Assembly (NCBI RefSeq): GCF_006345805.1
Contig: NC_043018.1
Span: 2,976,001-3,040,000 of the forward strand
Reading direction: 5' to 3'
Origin: Octopus sinensis
Taxonomy: Eukaryota
Length of the DNA stretch: 64,000 nucleotides
Shown: in pieces, positions 51,855-64,000 of the stretch
How the letters are laid out: each line of letters begins with the position of its first letter
Numbering within the stretch: position 1 is the first letter of the stretch
Notes under the pieces: model-generated
What the model was told of the DNA's origin: nothing
Database searches by the model: none
Seen by the model: only the letters and a program-made list of their open reading frames with translations
Translations under genes and position numbers: made by a program

Positions 51855-52005
51855 TTAGGAAAGAACAGAGTACCCCATTAGTCAAATAGAGGGTTGGGAT
51901 CGACATTCCACCAGAACACCTGATGACGGCTGGCGAGTACATCAGCCGAAACGTTGTGGAAACAACAAAGAAGGTGAGGACACCTACCTATCCATTGTAA
52001 ATAAA
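51855..52005 (+). mobile_element. Short repeat with hammerhead-like core (family H2, copy 2)
   Basis: CAC-CTGATGA(51920-26)-C-GGCTGG cgagtaca TCAGCC-GAAA-CGTT-GTG. Confidence 0.7.
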
Positions 52006-52490
52006 GAGTGTCTCTTTGTCTGTGTTTGTGCCACACTACCGCTGGCCAACCGGTGAGTTTACCTCCCAGTAAATTAGCAGATCAGAAAAAAAATTGATGA
52101 AATAAGTACTAGGGCTCAAAAATTAAGTACTAAGGTCGATTTTTTTCGATTAAAACTCTTCAAGTTGGTGACCCAGCATGACTGCTGTTAAATGGCTGAA
52201 ACAAGTAAAAAAGTAAAATATATAATTATATATACATATTTGAGTGATTCTAAAGTATACAAGGAGTTTTCTGCAACAAACGTAATGTAATGTTATTTTT
52301 TGTTTTACAATAAGAGAACTTTATATTATGTAATCTCAACCGAAGCAAGGCTCTATAACCTCACTACCTTCTCCTGGTCCCCCCCCAAAAAAAAAATGTA
52401 GAGCGAGGTCTCTTATAATTCTTTTATTTTTTAAAAATCTTTTTTCCTTTCTTTACAAGGAATTTATAGATTAGGTTCTGGAAATCAATT

Positions 52491-53035
52491 ATGGTGCACC
52501 GCACAACGCACTCAAGTGGTGAAATTGTTCTATCCAAACCAGAGGTCAATTATTCAAACCCAGACAGCAACAAAGAGTCTACAGTGTTGTGTTTAATCAC
52601 GGTGGATGAGACAACCGGGCCCTATTTCTTTGAGGACGATGATGGGAATGCTATTACTGACTAATGAACGGTACAGGTTCATGATCGAGAACTTTTGCGC
52701 CTGGCCATTCAAAATAGGGGCTATGTGTGGTTCCAGCAAGATGCGGCATCTGCAAATAGCGCAGGAGAAACAACAGTTGCTGGGGGTAATGCTTTTTCGT
52801 TACTGGCCATCAACTGGCCATCGCATTCCCCAGACTTGACTAGCTCTGACTTGTGGGGGTACCTCAAGGAGAAGGTTTATTTCAACAATCCAGAAACCCT
52901 AGAGCTACTAAAGGAGAATATCACTTGAGAAATCAGGGAACTGGAGCCTGAAACCCTTACAACTTTCATGAAACATATTTTGGAAAGGGTACAGATGCGT
53001 GAAGCTGAAACAGGATGCTATTTTAAAAAATGCCA
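52491..53035 (+). pseudogene. Internally deleted Tc1/mariner-superfamily transposase (maT-like)
   Basis: GPYFFEDDDGNAI..ERYRFMIENF..WFQQDAASA..WPSHSPDLTSSDLWGYLKEKVY; short N-terminal HTH-like piece fused upstream. Confidence 0.85.
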
Positions 53036-53342
53036 TTTGTCATACGTAATGCAGAAATATGATGAAAAAAGATTAATGCAAAATTAATCGCCTTTATCTA
53101 CTCTGTATTGAATTAAAATTTCATATAACTATTTGTAAAAATAAGGGAGTTATTAAAAGTTAAAACTCCTAAGTGACTTTTGGGCTGCCTTGAACGATGA
53201 GTGCTCATCTCCACTAAAACTGTGACTCGAGCTGCACATGAAAAGCGTGGTGTTGAGACTGCCTGTCCAATGCAATTAGAAGTGTTTTCTTCATGAGCGG
53301 GTGGTTATCGATTAAAATAAACAATGAAAAAGCAAAGCATTT

Positions 53343-53503
53343 GGCCTCAGTGGCTGTGTGGTAGATAGCATGCATACCAACCACATGCCTCCGGGTTCAG
53401 TCCTACTGCGTGGCACCTTGGGCAAGTTTTTTCTACTATAGCCTTGGCCCGACCAAAGCTTTGTGAGAGGATTTGGTAGACGGAAACTGAAAGACACCCA
53501 TCG

Positions 53504-53536
<33 letters not shown>

Positions 53537-53928
53537 TGTGTGTGTGCGTGTGTGTGTGCGCGCGTGCGTGTAATCGTTCAAATTAACATGCTATTAATAG
53601 ATAGATGTATGAATATATAAAATATGATTACTTAAAAAGATTTAAATTTTAAAATATTGAATATATTTGATTAATGATATATATTATAATATATATATAT
53701 GTACATACATACGTATGTGTGTGTGGGTGTCCATGTGTTTGTCCTCCATCGTTTAACAACCGATGCTGGTGTGTTTATTTTCTCTTAACTTAGGAGTTCG
53801 GCAAAAGAGACCGATAGAATAAGTACTAGGCTTACAAAGAAAGCTCTAGGGTCGAGTTGCTCGACTGAAGGCGGTGCTCCAACATGGCCGTAGTCGAATG
53901 ACTGAAACAAATAAAAGAATAAAAGAAT
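53343..53928 (+). mobile_element. SINE family C with expanded internal AT-rich spacer
   Basis: 5' and 3' halves match 28366-28789. Confidence 0.88.
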
Positions 53929-54230
53929 ATAGTTCCTCAGATTACACGTTAGACATTCCACATGACATTCTCTGTTGACAATATGAATGACTGAGTTTTA
54001 CACGCCAGGGAAAAATTTTAAAAATAATGATAAATCGCTACATCATATCCATCCTGAATAACAACCGACTTGCAGACCATTTACTGCGGAACTGTGGGAA
54101 TAACTAGGATGCCGAGAGAGCGACGTAAATGTTTTCTCTAAGTAACACTTGATGAAATGAAGATTACAATTTCGGTCTATTTAAATGTTTAACATTGGTC
54201 TTTCACACTTCAGTTGCTCTGATATAATAT

Positions 54231-54648
54231 ACTCTTACTCTTACTCTTTTACTTGTTTCAGTCATTTGACTGCGGCCATGCTGAAGCACCGCATTTAGTC
54301 GAGTAAATCGACCCCGGGACTTATTCTTTGTAAGCCCAGTACTTATTCTATCGGTCTCTTTTACCGAACCGCTAAGTTACGGGGACGTAAACACACGAGC
54401 ATCGGTTGTCAGGCAATGCTAGGGGGACAAACACAGACACACAAACACAAACACACATACATATATATATATTATACATATATACGATGGGCTTCTTTCA
54501 TTTTCCATCTTCCAAATCCACTCACAAGGATTTGGTCGGCCCGAGGCTATAGTAGAAGACACTTGCCCAAGATGTCACGCAGTGGGACTGAACCCGAAAC
54601 CATGTGGTTGGTTAGCAAGCTACTTACCACACAGCCACTCCTGCGCCT
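54231..54648 (-). mobile_element. SINE family C, full length
   Basis: Reverse complement match to 28366-28789. Confidence 0.92.
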
Positions 54649-54724
54649 ATGTTACGTTAAATAAACCATTGCATAGGTTCATTAGTTTTTCGAATATATC
54701 TTGACATGTATATTTAATATATAA

Positions 54725-55047
54725 AAAGACTCCGCCGGTTACGACGACGAGGGTCCCAGCTGATACGATCAACGGAACAGTTTGCTCGTGAAATTAACGT
54801 GCAAATGGCTGAGCATTCCACAGACACGTGTACCCTTAACGTAGTTCTCGGGGATAATCAGCGTGACACAGAGAGTGACAAGGCTGACCCTTTGAAATAC
54901 AAGTACAACTCATTTTTGCCAGCTGAGTGGACTGGAGCAACGTGAAATAAAGTGTCTTGCTCAAGGACACAACGCGTCGCCGGGAATCGAACTCACAACC
55001 TTACGATCATGAGCCGAATGCCCTAACCACTAAGCCACGCGCCCTCT
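54725..55047 (-). mobile_element. SINE family B with 12-bp target-site duplication
   Basis: TTTAATATATAA at 54713-54724 and 55048-55059. Confidence 0.92.
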
Positions 55048-55886
55048 TTTAATATATAATTAAATATAATTAATTAATAAGCTCTGCCTAGCACCTCGCC
55101 TTATGTCAACCCCATAAGTTGCTATTGTTCTTTTCATACGCTGTTCAGTGCTTGGCTATCACATTTCATGCACATTTATTTCTCTACCAACAAATATGAC
55201 TCTCATGATTTTATTTTGCTTATTTTTCACTGTGTATGGTATTATCGGAGGGAAATTTTACAGCTATTTCTAGCAGATTTAGTGGCTGGGTAGACACGCC
55301 CCAATTCGCTATGCTTTAAAGATCATTGGTATTCTTTGGAATAAGAGTGTAATAAAATACAGGAATTACGTTTTATTATCTCCTCAATAGAAACCAAGAT
55401 ATTGAAGCAAGGCGCGGTGTAATTACTAATACTCTACACACGTCAGTTGAATAAATATCTTCTGTGATGTTCAAGGCTGCGAGTTTCACCCAATCTTACT
55501 ATATTTCATTCTCTTACTCTCATCTTGTCCGCCATTTTTGCTTAATTCAAGTCTCTCTCTTCCTCCTCTCTATCTTTCTCTCTCTCTCTCTCACACACAC
55601 ACTCTCTCTCTCATCTCTCTCTCTCGAATACAAAATGCAGCACATAGATACGAATAAATGCATGCCTCCACACAAGATGAGCACACATATACATAGATAC
55701 ATACTTACATAAATGCATACATACGCACACCGGCACCCACACACCCACACACACACACTCACACGCGGACTCATATACACATACACTCAACAAAAACCCC
55801 CACACACATATGTACATATATACTTATATACACACATCACCTATATAAATACACACACACATATATATATGTGTGTGTGTGTATTA

Positions 55887-55928
<42 letters not shown>

Positions 55929-56218
55929 ACACACACACACACATATATATATATATAATATATATATATATATACAAGCATACAAAACAAGCATGCATAA
56001 ATACATACATATCTATCTATCTATCTATCTATCTATCCATATATATATATAATACACACAGACACACACATATATATATAGGCTTCTGTGTGTGTATATT
56101 TATATATGTGATGTGTGTGTATATTTATATATGTGATGTGTGTATATAAGTATATATGTACATCTATGTATGTGGGGGATTTTTGGAGTGTGTGTGTATG
56201 TATGTATGTATGTATGTA

Positions 56219-56304
<86 letters not shown>

Positions 56305-56306
56305 TT

Positions 56307-56338
<32 letters not shown>

Positions 56339-57126
56339 CTGAGAGACAGAGGGATTGAAATGCATACATACATGTGTAGGAAAACCGCCTACCGCGCTTC
56401 TAAGATGTTTTAAGCATGTCATTAAAATTCCTGATAGATTCGCTCTAATCCATTCCTAGTGTTACGATGTACTCCACTTGTAGAGAATTATATTGTTCCG
56501 AAATTCAAATTGCACGGAACGTAAAGAGGTAAATAGTGAACTGATATGATATCATGTCCTGCAGAAATTAGACAAGAGTAGATAGAGAAAACATTATGAT
56601 ATTTGATGCAATCGAAACCGTTTAAAGATTGTGTGGTATGATGGTTAAACCTACAATAAAGAATTATTTAATATGGGCTAAATTCGTATACTTGAAGCAA
56701 GGAAGGGAATTTGACGTGAAAATTGAAAGGACCAACGCGAACCAGCCTAAAGTGTATCATAGATAGATAATTTGTTAGATGAAAAGAAATGCAATCATTC
56801 CTTGAATTTCCGTTTGAGGAATGGTGTACATTAATACTTGTTCGGTTATATTAATACCATATTTGCAAGTGTCCGTGTGTGGGTGTGATTGTGTATGCAT
56901 AACAGAAGAGAGAGAGAGAGAGAAAGGGGAAGAGAGTGGGAGAGAAGAGATATAGTGAGAGAGAAAAAAAAACAGAAATTTGGAAGTGTATATACAGAAT
57001 GTTATGAACTCATTGCTGTCCTAATGTATTGAGTGTCAACCCGTGTTCGATTTACAGAACATGATGTAGCTTACAATCAATCAATCAATCAATCAACATA
57101 TATATATATGTTGATTGATTGATTGG

Positions 57127-57157
<31 letters not shown>

Positions 57158-57217
57158 ATGTATATATATATATATGTGTGTGTGTGTATGTGTATATATA
57201 TATGTGTGTGTAAATAC

Positions 57218-57256
<39 letters not shown>

Positions 57257-57544
57257 CACACACTCACATACACATATAGATATGTATGTATGTTCACACG
57301 CACAAACACAAGCCATAGCTGAAAGGCAACAAATTTGTAATCGATTCTTGTGAATCAACAGATACGCGCAGGTGTGTGTATGTGTGCATGCGAACAACTG
57401 TGCGCATGTGTGTATATGTATGCATAAGTACACACACACGCACACACAAACACACACACACACACACATATATACATATATATAAGGAGAGAAAGAGAGA
57501 GAATGAGAGAGAGAAACATGGGGAGAATCATTGTGAGACAAGAA

Positions 57545-57955
57545 ATTTTCACTGTCAGCGTTTTTAGCGAAGGGTGACAGTTGACTACCTCGACTGCATT
57601 GATTAACTCGTACTTATTTTATCGACCCCGAAAGGATGAAAAGCAATGTAGATCTCAGTAGGAAATTTGAAATCAGAACGTAACTGCAGACGAAATACCT
57701 ACTTATTTACTACCCACAAGGGGCTAAACACAGAGAGGACAAACAAGGACTGACAAACGGATTAAATCAATTATATCGACCCCAGTGCGGAACTGGTACT
57801 TATTTAATTGACCCCGAAATGATGAAAGGCAAAGTCGGCCTCGGCGGAATTTGAACTGAAAACGTAGCGGCAGACGAAATACCGCTAAGCATTTCGCTCG
57901 GCGTGCTAACGTTTCTGCCAGTTCGCCGCCTTAGATATTCTTTTCTATTCTAGGC
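57545..57955 (-). mobile_element. SINE family D with internal dimer
   Basis: Two units about 185 bp apart with the same spacer as the trimer. Confidence 0.88.
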
Positions 57956-58027
57956 ACAATATATCGCATTACCAAATTTTCGTTTTTGTTCTGTACAATT
58001 TTCTACCAATACTTCTTCAGAGAAAGT

Positions 58028-58405
58028 CAGCAAGCTGGCAGAATCGTTAGCCCGCTCAGCCAGATGCTTAGCGGCATTTTGTCAGTCTTTATGTTCTGAG
58101 TTCAAATTCCGCCGAGGTTGACTTTGTCGTTCAACCTTTTGTGATCAATGAAATAAGTACTAATCGACTTAAACCCTCTCTAAAAAAATTGCATGCTTTA
58201 GGACAAAAATTGAAACCGATATTTCATCAGAGGTTATGGCAGTGAGCTCACAGAATCGTTAGCTCGCTGGGTAAAAAGCTTAGCGGCATTTCGACCGTCT
58301 GTACTTTCTGATATCAAATTCCACCGTGGTCGATTTTGTCTTTCATCAATTCAGGTTCGATAAAAACAAGTACCAGTTGATCACTGGGGCTCGATGTACT
58401 CTCTT
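58028..58405 (+). mobile_element. Two adjacent SINE D copies
   Basis: Heads near 58028 and 58237; both have the GTTCAAATTCC-like box and ATAAGTAC motif. Confidence 0.8.
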
Positions 58406-60581
58406 GGCCTTGAGTCAAAATTTGAAATTAGTATTTCATCTGAGATTTGGCGTCATTAATAGACCCAATGATATTGCTCCCTGCCCCTAGCATTGTATGT
58501 CCATTTTCTCGATGTTGTTTTGGATTTCTATTTGAATTTTTTTTTTCTCCAGAGAAAACAATATCAGCCACTGATATAGAATTGGTGTTAACTTTTGGCC
58601 CAAGGCCCACATGGACCCGAGTGCTCAATTGAAGCTTATTTTATCAAACTCGAAATGATGAAAGGTAAATTTGAATTGAACAGAAACTGAAATCAGGACG
58701 TAATTGATCCAATTTACGTGCTGTATATCCTATAATGCGGAAATTCTCATAGAAGCAAGCTGCATTAATGAAGTTTGTCGATGATGAATCCTATTGGTTT
58801 CCTTGTTACTTCTTATAAAATTGCACGCATTGAGTTATCCCAACTTTAACAATTAGCTATACCTACATATTCATATTCATTCAAAACACATTCTCTACTC
58901 GTAATCTATATACTTATGAGTTACCGTCAAATTTGTACCAATGCCTAACTTGCCTTGTTTCGCATAAATTTCACGCTTCTGTAAATAGTCTACGGTACAA
59001 AATATGAGAGTGATAATCGTCCGCTAGCGATTTGTTAGCGACAGGCGAAACTATTAGATTCGAACTCCGTATCCTGTTGCCGAAAACTTTGTTGTTTGAA
59101 ACACCGCGCATGCATTCGCAGAAAGAAGGAATACATGCTTAGAAAATACATAGATATTACCACATAGACAGATTTATCAAAGCCACATATACTGTGTTTT
59201 CATCACAGTTATTAAAACTATAAAGCCCTGTAGAGTACGTGCGGATCTGAATATAATGTGAATTACTGAAATGGGTTGGTTTGAGTATTTCTTTGAATTA
59301 AAATGAATTTAAGAATATTTCAAAACCCTATGATATTTTAAGGTAGAAGCCTGGTATTGTTAGATTCAAATATTTATTTCACTGGTAAAGGAAGTTATTT
59401 TTCAAACTTGGGTGCTAAGATACAGATACACACTAGTATATAATATATTTATACACACGCACACCACACTCATATATATATATATATATACACGCCAGAC
59501 TATGTTTCCTACTTATATACACACACGCACATATATATATATATTTAAATAAATATATATATATATATATTTAAATATATACATACATACATACATACAT
59601 ATATAATTATGTGCGAATAATTAACGCAGCAGTTCCGGTAAACAAAATTTTACAATTTTCACAGTTATATTCGAAAATATGTAAATAACATAAAATTTAC
59701 ATTTTACACTAACTCTGTTTCAGCTCTTACAATTTGAATGTCAATAAGAAAATAAGAAAAAGCTAAGTGGAAATAAATAGATAAATGCATAAAGATAAAT
59801 ATGGAAAATAAATAAATGAAGAATAAAAAGAAACTGAAAGGAAAATATAGGAAATAAATACTGCATTTTATTTTGGAGACATTAATAATTTGCTGATAGG
59901 TTTACCCTTAAAATCTTTATATCTATTTTCAAAACCAATCGTATGTTTACAAGCTCTATTCAAAAGATTGTTTAGGAAAGAAATTAACAAAATGAAGTTT
60001 AAAGTGAAATATTAGAAAAAGAAGAAAATAGCAAACCCTAACAAGCTAACAAGCCTCATTTTCTTTAGAATATTTAAATACCAGATTTTATAAATGCAAA
60101 ACAAAATAAAAACTCGAAAAACCGAAATGAAATTAAATGAAAATGTTAACAAGTGGTTGTGATTAATTACAGAAGTTCTATTTATTAAAATATGTTAATA
60201 ATTGAAAATATGAAAAGATCTCTTTTAAATCAATCAGTATTTGCTACAAAAATCTGTGAAGTATTGCAGCAACGTGATTTGGCGAATGGAAATATTTTAC
60301 GGTTGTATATTAAATAAAATGTTGCATTTTGCTGACAGGATAAAATATGAAATAAACTCAAGAACGGGATGATAGTTCTCTCATCGTCACGATTTCAGCG
60401 TTTTGTTAATAGCCACTTAGAGTTGTATATCTGCATATGTGTTCGCTCATTCGTCTTACATCTTGTAAAATAGATTCGTTCATTATATGTTTCCAATGTA
60501 CCAATAAGCGATTTGCCCCATTTACTAAAATAAAAACATCGAGTAAATATCTGCCTCATAATGCAGTAATCGTTACTTTCA

Positions 60582-60616
<35 letters not shown>

Positions 60617-60837
60617 GTGCAGGAGAGAGATAGAGAGTGGGTGAAAGAATGAGAGAGAGATAGGGAGAGGTTATATTTTCAAGCACTCAATCACACATAC
60701 TCGCACACATTCATACATACACACACAACATACTCAGGCATATATATATATATGAATATATGTGTGTGGTTGTGTACGTTTCTGTTATGTGTGTGTGTGT
60801 GTGTGTGTGTATGTGTGTGTGTGTGTGTGTGTGTGTA

Positions 60838-61165
60838 AGACCCCCTTCGATCATGAACGGCCATGGGATTTCACGTAGAAAGATTCCCCTAAGATGCGCA
60901 AGTCCGAGCAAGGCTGTTTACGAAAGTCCACAAGTCTCATATGCATACCAATATATTTTGTCCACACCACCAATGTATCCAAAGGAAAGGCAAAGGGGCC
61001 GATACAGCTTGGCACCAGTGACGTCGAAACAAATTTCCACAGCTGAGTGAACTCGAGCAACATGAAATAAAGTGTCTTGCTGAAGAGCACAACACACATT
61101 CGGTCCCAGAATTGAACACACTGCCGCATGATTGTGAGCCCAGCACTCTAACCACTGGACCATAT
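60838..61165 (-). mobile_element. SINE with head B joined to a different tail (tail 2)
   Basis: Head and core match family B through ..CACTCAGCTG; the 3' part ends CGAAGGGGGTCTT, as at 7790-7908. Confidence 0.75.
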
Positions 61166-61411
61166 ATTTCTTTCATCAGTCTTGCACCATTTTACACTCT
61201 CACCCAATTGTTCGTGCCAGGTCTAATTAGGTCCCACCTTGCATCTCAGTAGCAACAAGCCACATGACTCCCACTTAAATGTGGGTTGTAGTAGGGTGCA
61301 TCTGTGTCTGTCGGGGTGGGATGGGAGCGTTTTACTGTACACATATATGTGTATATATATATACTATATATATATATATACATATAATATATGATATATA
61401 TATATATATAT

Positions 61412-61492
<81 letters not shown>

Positions 61493-61837
61493 CATATTTT
61501 TGTGGTTAGGGTGTTGCCTTCGTAGGGAAAACATGGTAGCTTCAATTCCTACCTAGGTCACATGATGCTTTGTGCTTATGAACAAACAACTTCATAATGC
61601 GTTGCGCTGAGATATTATTTCGCTACATGATGTGCGGCACAACGCGTGCCTTTTCAAACGACGCCGATTTGATGCAGGGAGCGTGTGAACATACATTACA
61701 GGTAGTTTGGTTCCTCTAAATGAATCAGGTGTGTATGTTGCTCAGAAAGAAATTGTAGAACCGCCTTCCTCGGAGTTTAAGAAGCTACGATCATCATAGA
61801 TAGATCAAGAGGTTGAGAGATCAATATATAGACATAG

Positions 61838-61919
<82 letters not shown>

Positions 61920-61950
61920 TATAGATAGATAGATGGATAGATAATTAGAT
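61838..61950. repeat. (TAGA)n microsatellite; similar arrays at ~40675-41085
   Basis: Directly visible. Confidence 0.95.
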
Positions 61951-62604
61951 AGATAAGGAGACACAGAGACAAACAGGCAAACAGCTAGATAGGTAAATAC
62001 CTACTTACATATAGGCATCCATACATGCATACATACATACATACATACATAGGTGAGTTTGTAGGTGTGTATGTGTGCGCTTGGATACTTAATAATTGCA
62101 ATAATTACCTGACTCTCAAGGAAAGCGAGTTGAAAGATCTTGGTCAAGTTCTTCCAAATTTAAGCAATTAAAAAAACAACGCAGTCCTTTCATTAACGAT
62201 ATCTTAATCACTAATCAATTCTTTTTCTTTGACCCCGTCTCTCCTTTCTGTCTGTTATCTCTCGCTCTTCACCTCTTATTCTCTCTCTCTCTCTCTTTCT
62301 CTCTGTCTTCCCCTCGTTATTTATCTATTGCCGCGCGCGCACAAACACACACACACACACAAACAAACACACACACATTTAACATATTCATATACTTATG
62401 TATAAAACTATATCAATGTGCAATGTGTGGGTGTAGATATGTGGAGAGATAGGTAGATACACATATATTTATACACACATTCAAGCGCACACGCACGCAC
62501 ACACGCATGTGCACACTCCCCCCCCCACCTCTACAACCTACATTCGCACACATTTCTGTGTATATAAGTATATCGGTATAAAAGTGTGCTCTGATATGTA
62601 AGCA

Positions 62605-62668
<64 letters not shown>

Positions 62669-63789
62669 ATAGATATACATATAAATATATATATGTACAT
62701 ATATATATATATATATGCGCGCGTACACACACATATATGTGTGTGTATATATAAGCTTATGTGCGTACGTAATATGTATGTACATATCTTTCTATATATC
62801 TTTGTGTGCATGTACGTATCTCTATATGTAAGAATGTACGTAAAGCCAAATATGTATGTTTTCTAGATCACACAAAGAAATATTGTAAAAAGAAAAGAAA
62901 ATCAATATATATTTATACCGAAATTCAGTATGATAGAGAATTATATACTTTATATACTATCGGCTTTCCTTATCATAATCACTCTCACCATAAACCTAAA
63001 TGGCGCTCACGTAAAAACTAACAATAAAAAAAATATGATCAAGATAGATTTCATACTCTGCATTCAGGTTTCCCAAAACCTAGACATTTTCTCCTCTTAT
63101 AAGTTTTATGCCACCTGTCTTTGAAGTAGTTTAAATATAATTTTAAAAGAGTGTCTCTTTATTCGCTCGTTCTGCTAGTAATAAAGGCGAAATTTCGTTC
63201 AAATCACTGCCACTTCTGTAGATCAATGATCAGGAACACCGTTAATTTATCTCACATATATTCTAGAATCCCTCCCACATACTCTGATAAATCGTCTGAT
63301 GATACAGTGTCCTACTCTGCTCGTGTATGTATAAACAGATGCAAACATACGCACACACGGACACACACACACATACACATAAACACAAATACACACAGGC
63401 ATAGTGTAATATAATATGGTATAACATAATATGATTTAATATGATGGTACCCACCCGTCGACTTCAATATGCGTATATCTGACGGAGAGGATTGAACGAG
63501 AGAGAGATGGGGGTGGAAAGAATGAAAAAAAACAAAGACAGAAACAAAGAAAGGAAAAGAAAGATAGAAAGAAGGAAAAAGAGGAAGAAAAAAAAGAAAA
63601 ACAGAAAGGAAAAGAAAGAAAGAAAACAACTTTAAAACTAAAAGAAGCTGCATCTATTTGTGATGAATGTATGAATGTAATTTGAGTGCAGGAATAAATT
63701 TTGTTATGAAGTCACAATGGGGACATTGAAGATTTTGAGTTTGACTGGGATTGAGTAAAAGTGTCTGTTGATTGCTGGATAGAGTTCTT

Positions 63790-64000
63790 TTATTGTTCTG
63801 TTCAAATCAAACTGTTTTGCGGCATCACTACACATTTTAAGCAAAGCAGATCGATTTAGGAAATAGCTTCCTCAAGATTTTTAATGAATTTGGAGAGACT
63901 TTACTGATTGCTTCAATTTATTCTGATACCTAACTGTTGACCAGTAGCCCTCTAATTGTTGACCATACAAAAATATTTTCGGAATTTCATCTTCTTTCTT
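63790..64000 (-). pseudogene. RTE-clade LINE C-terminal remnant running off the window edge
   Basis: EIPKIFLYGQ..RYQNKLKQSVKSLQIH*KS*..LNRSA..AAKQFDLNR resembles the RTE motif IPKQLLYGEL..RYKD.LK..W...A.DRS. Confidence 0.5.

Overview
AT-rich, microsatellite-saturated eukaryotic DNA, inferred to be coleoid cephalopod (Octopus-like) from its tRNA-derived SINE families and (TA)n/(CATA)n/(AAT)n load. No host gene is securely recognisable; only weak candidate exons are visible. Recognisable coding content is all transposon-derived: (1) a young Penelope-like element (PLE, Naiad-like) at 20664-23162 with an open 459-aa RT-thumb plus GIY-YIG frame between 327-bp inverted pseudo-LTRs, each carrying a complete minimal type I hammerhead ribozyme fold; (2) an older Neptune-like PLE with the same inverted architecture (11176-12090); (3) a decayed Naiad-like fragment near 42-43 kb; (4) a 5'-truncated R4/Dong-like RLE retrotransposon inside a (TAA)n tract (12731-15650); (5) two Tc1/mariner relics and CR1-group and RTE LINE 3' fragments; (6) more than 25 SINE copies with shuffled head/tail modules. 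The most notable pattern is about ten dispersed hammerhead-like motifs from several repeat families, some sharing core variants. All structures were folded and aligned by eye, with no database search. Several stretches look indel-prone, as in unpolished long-read consensus.
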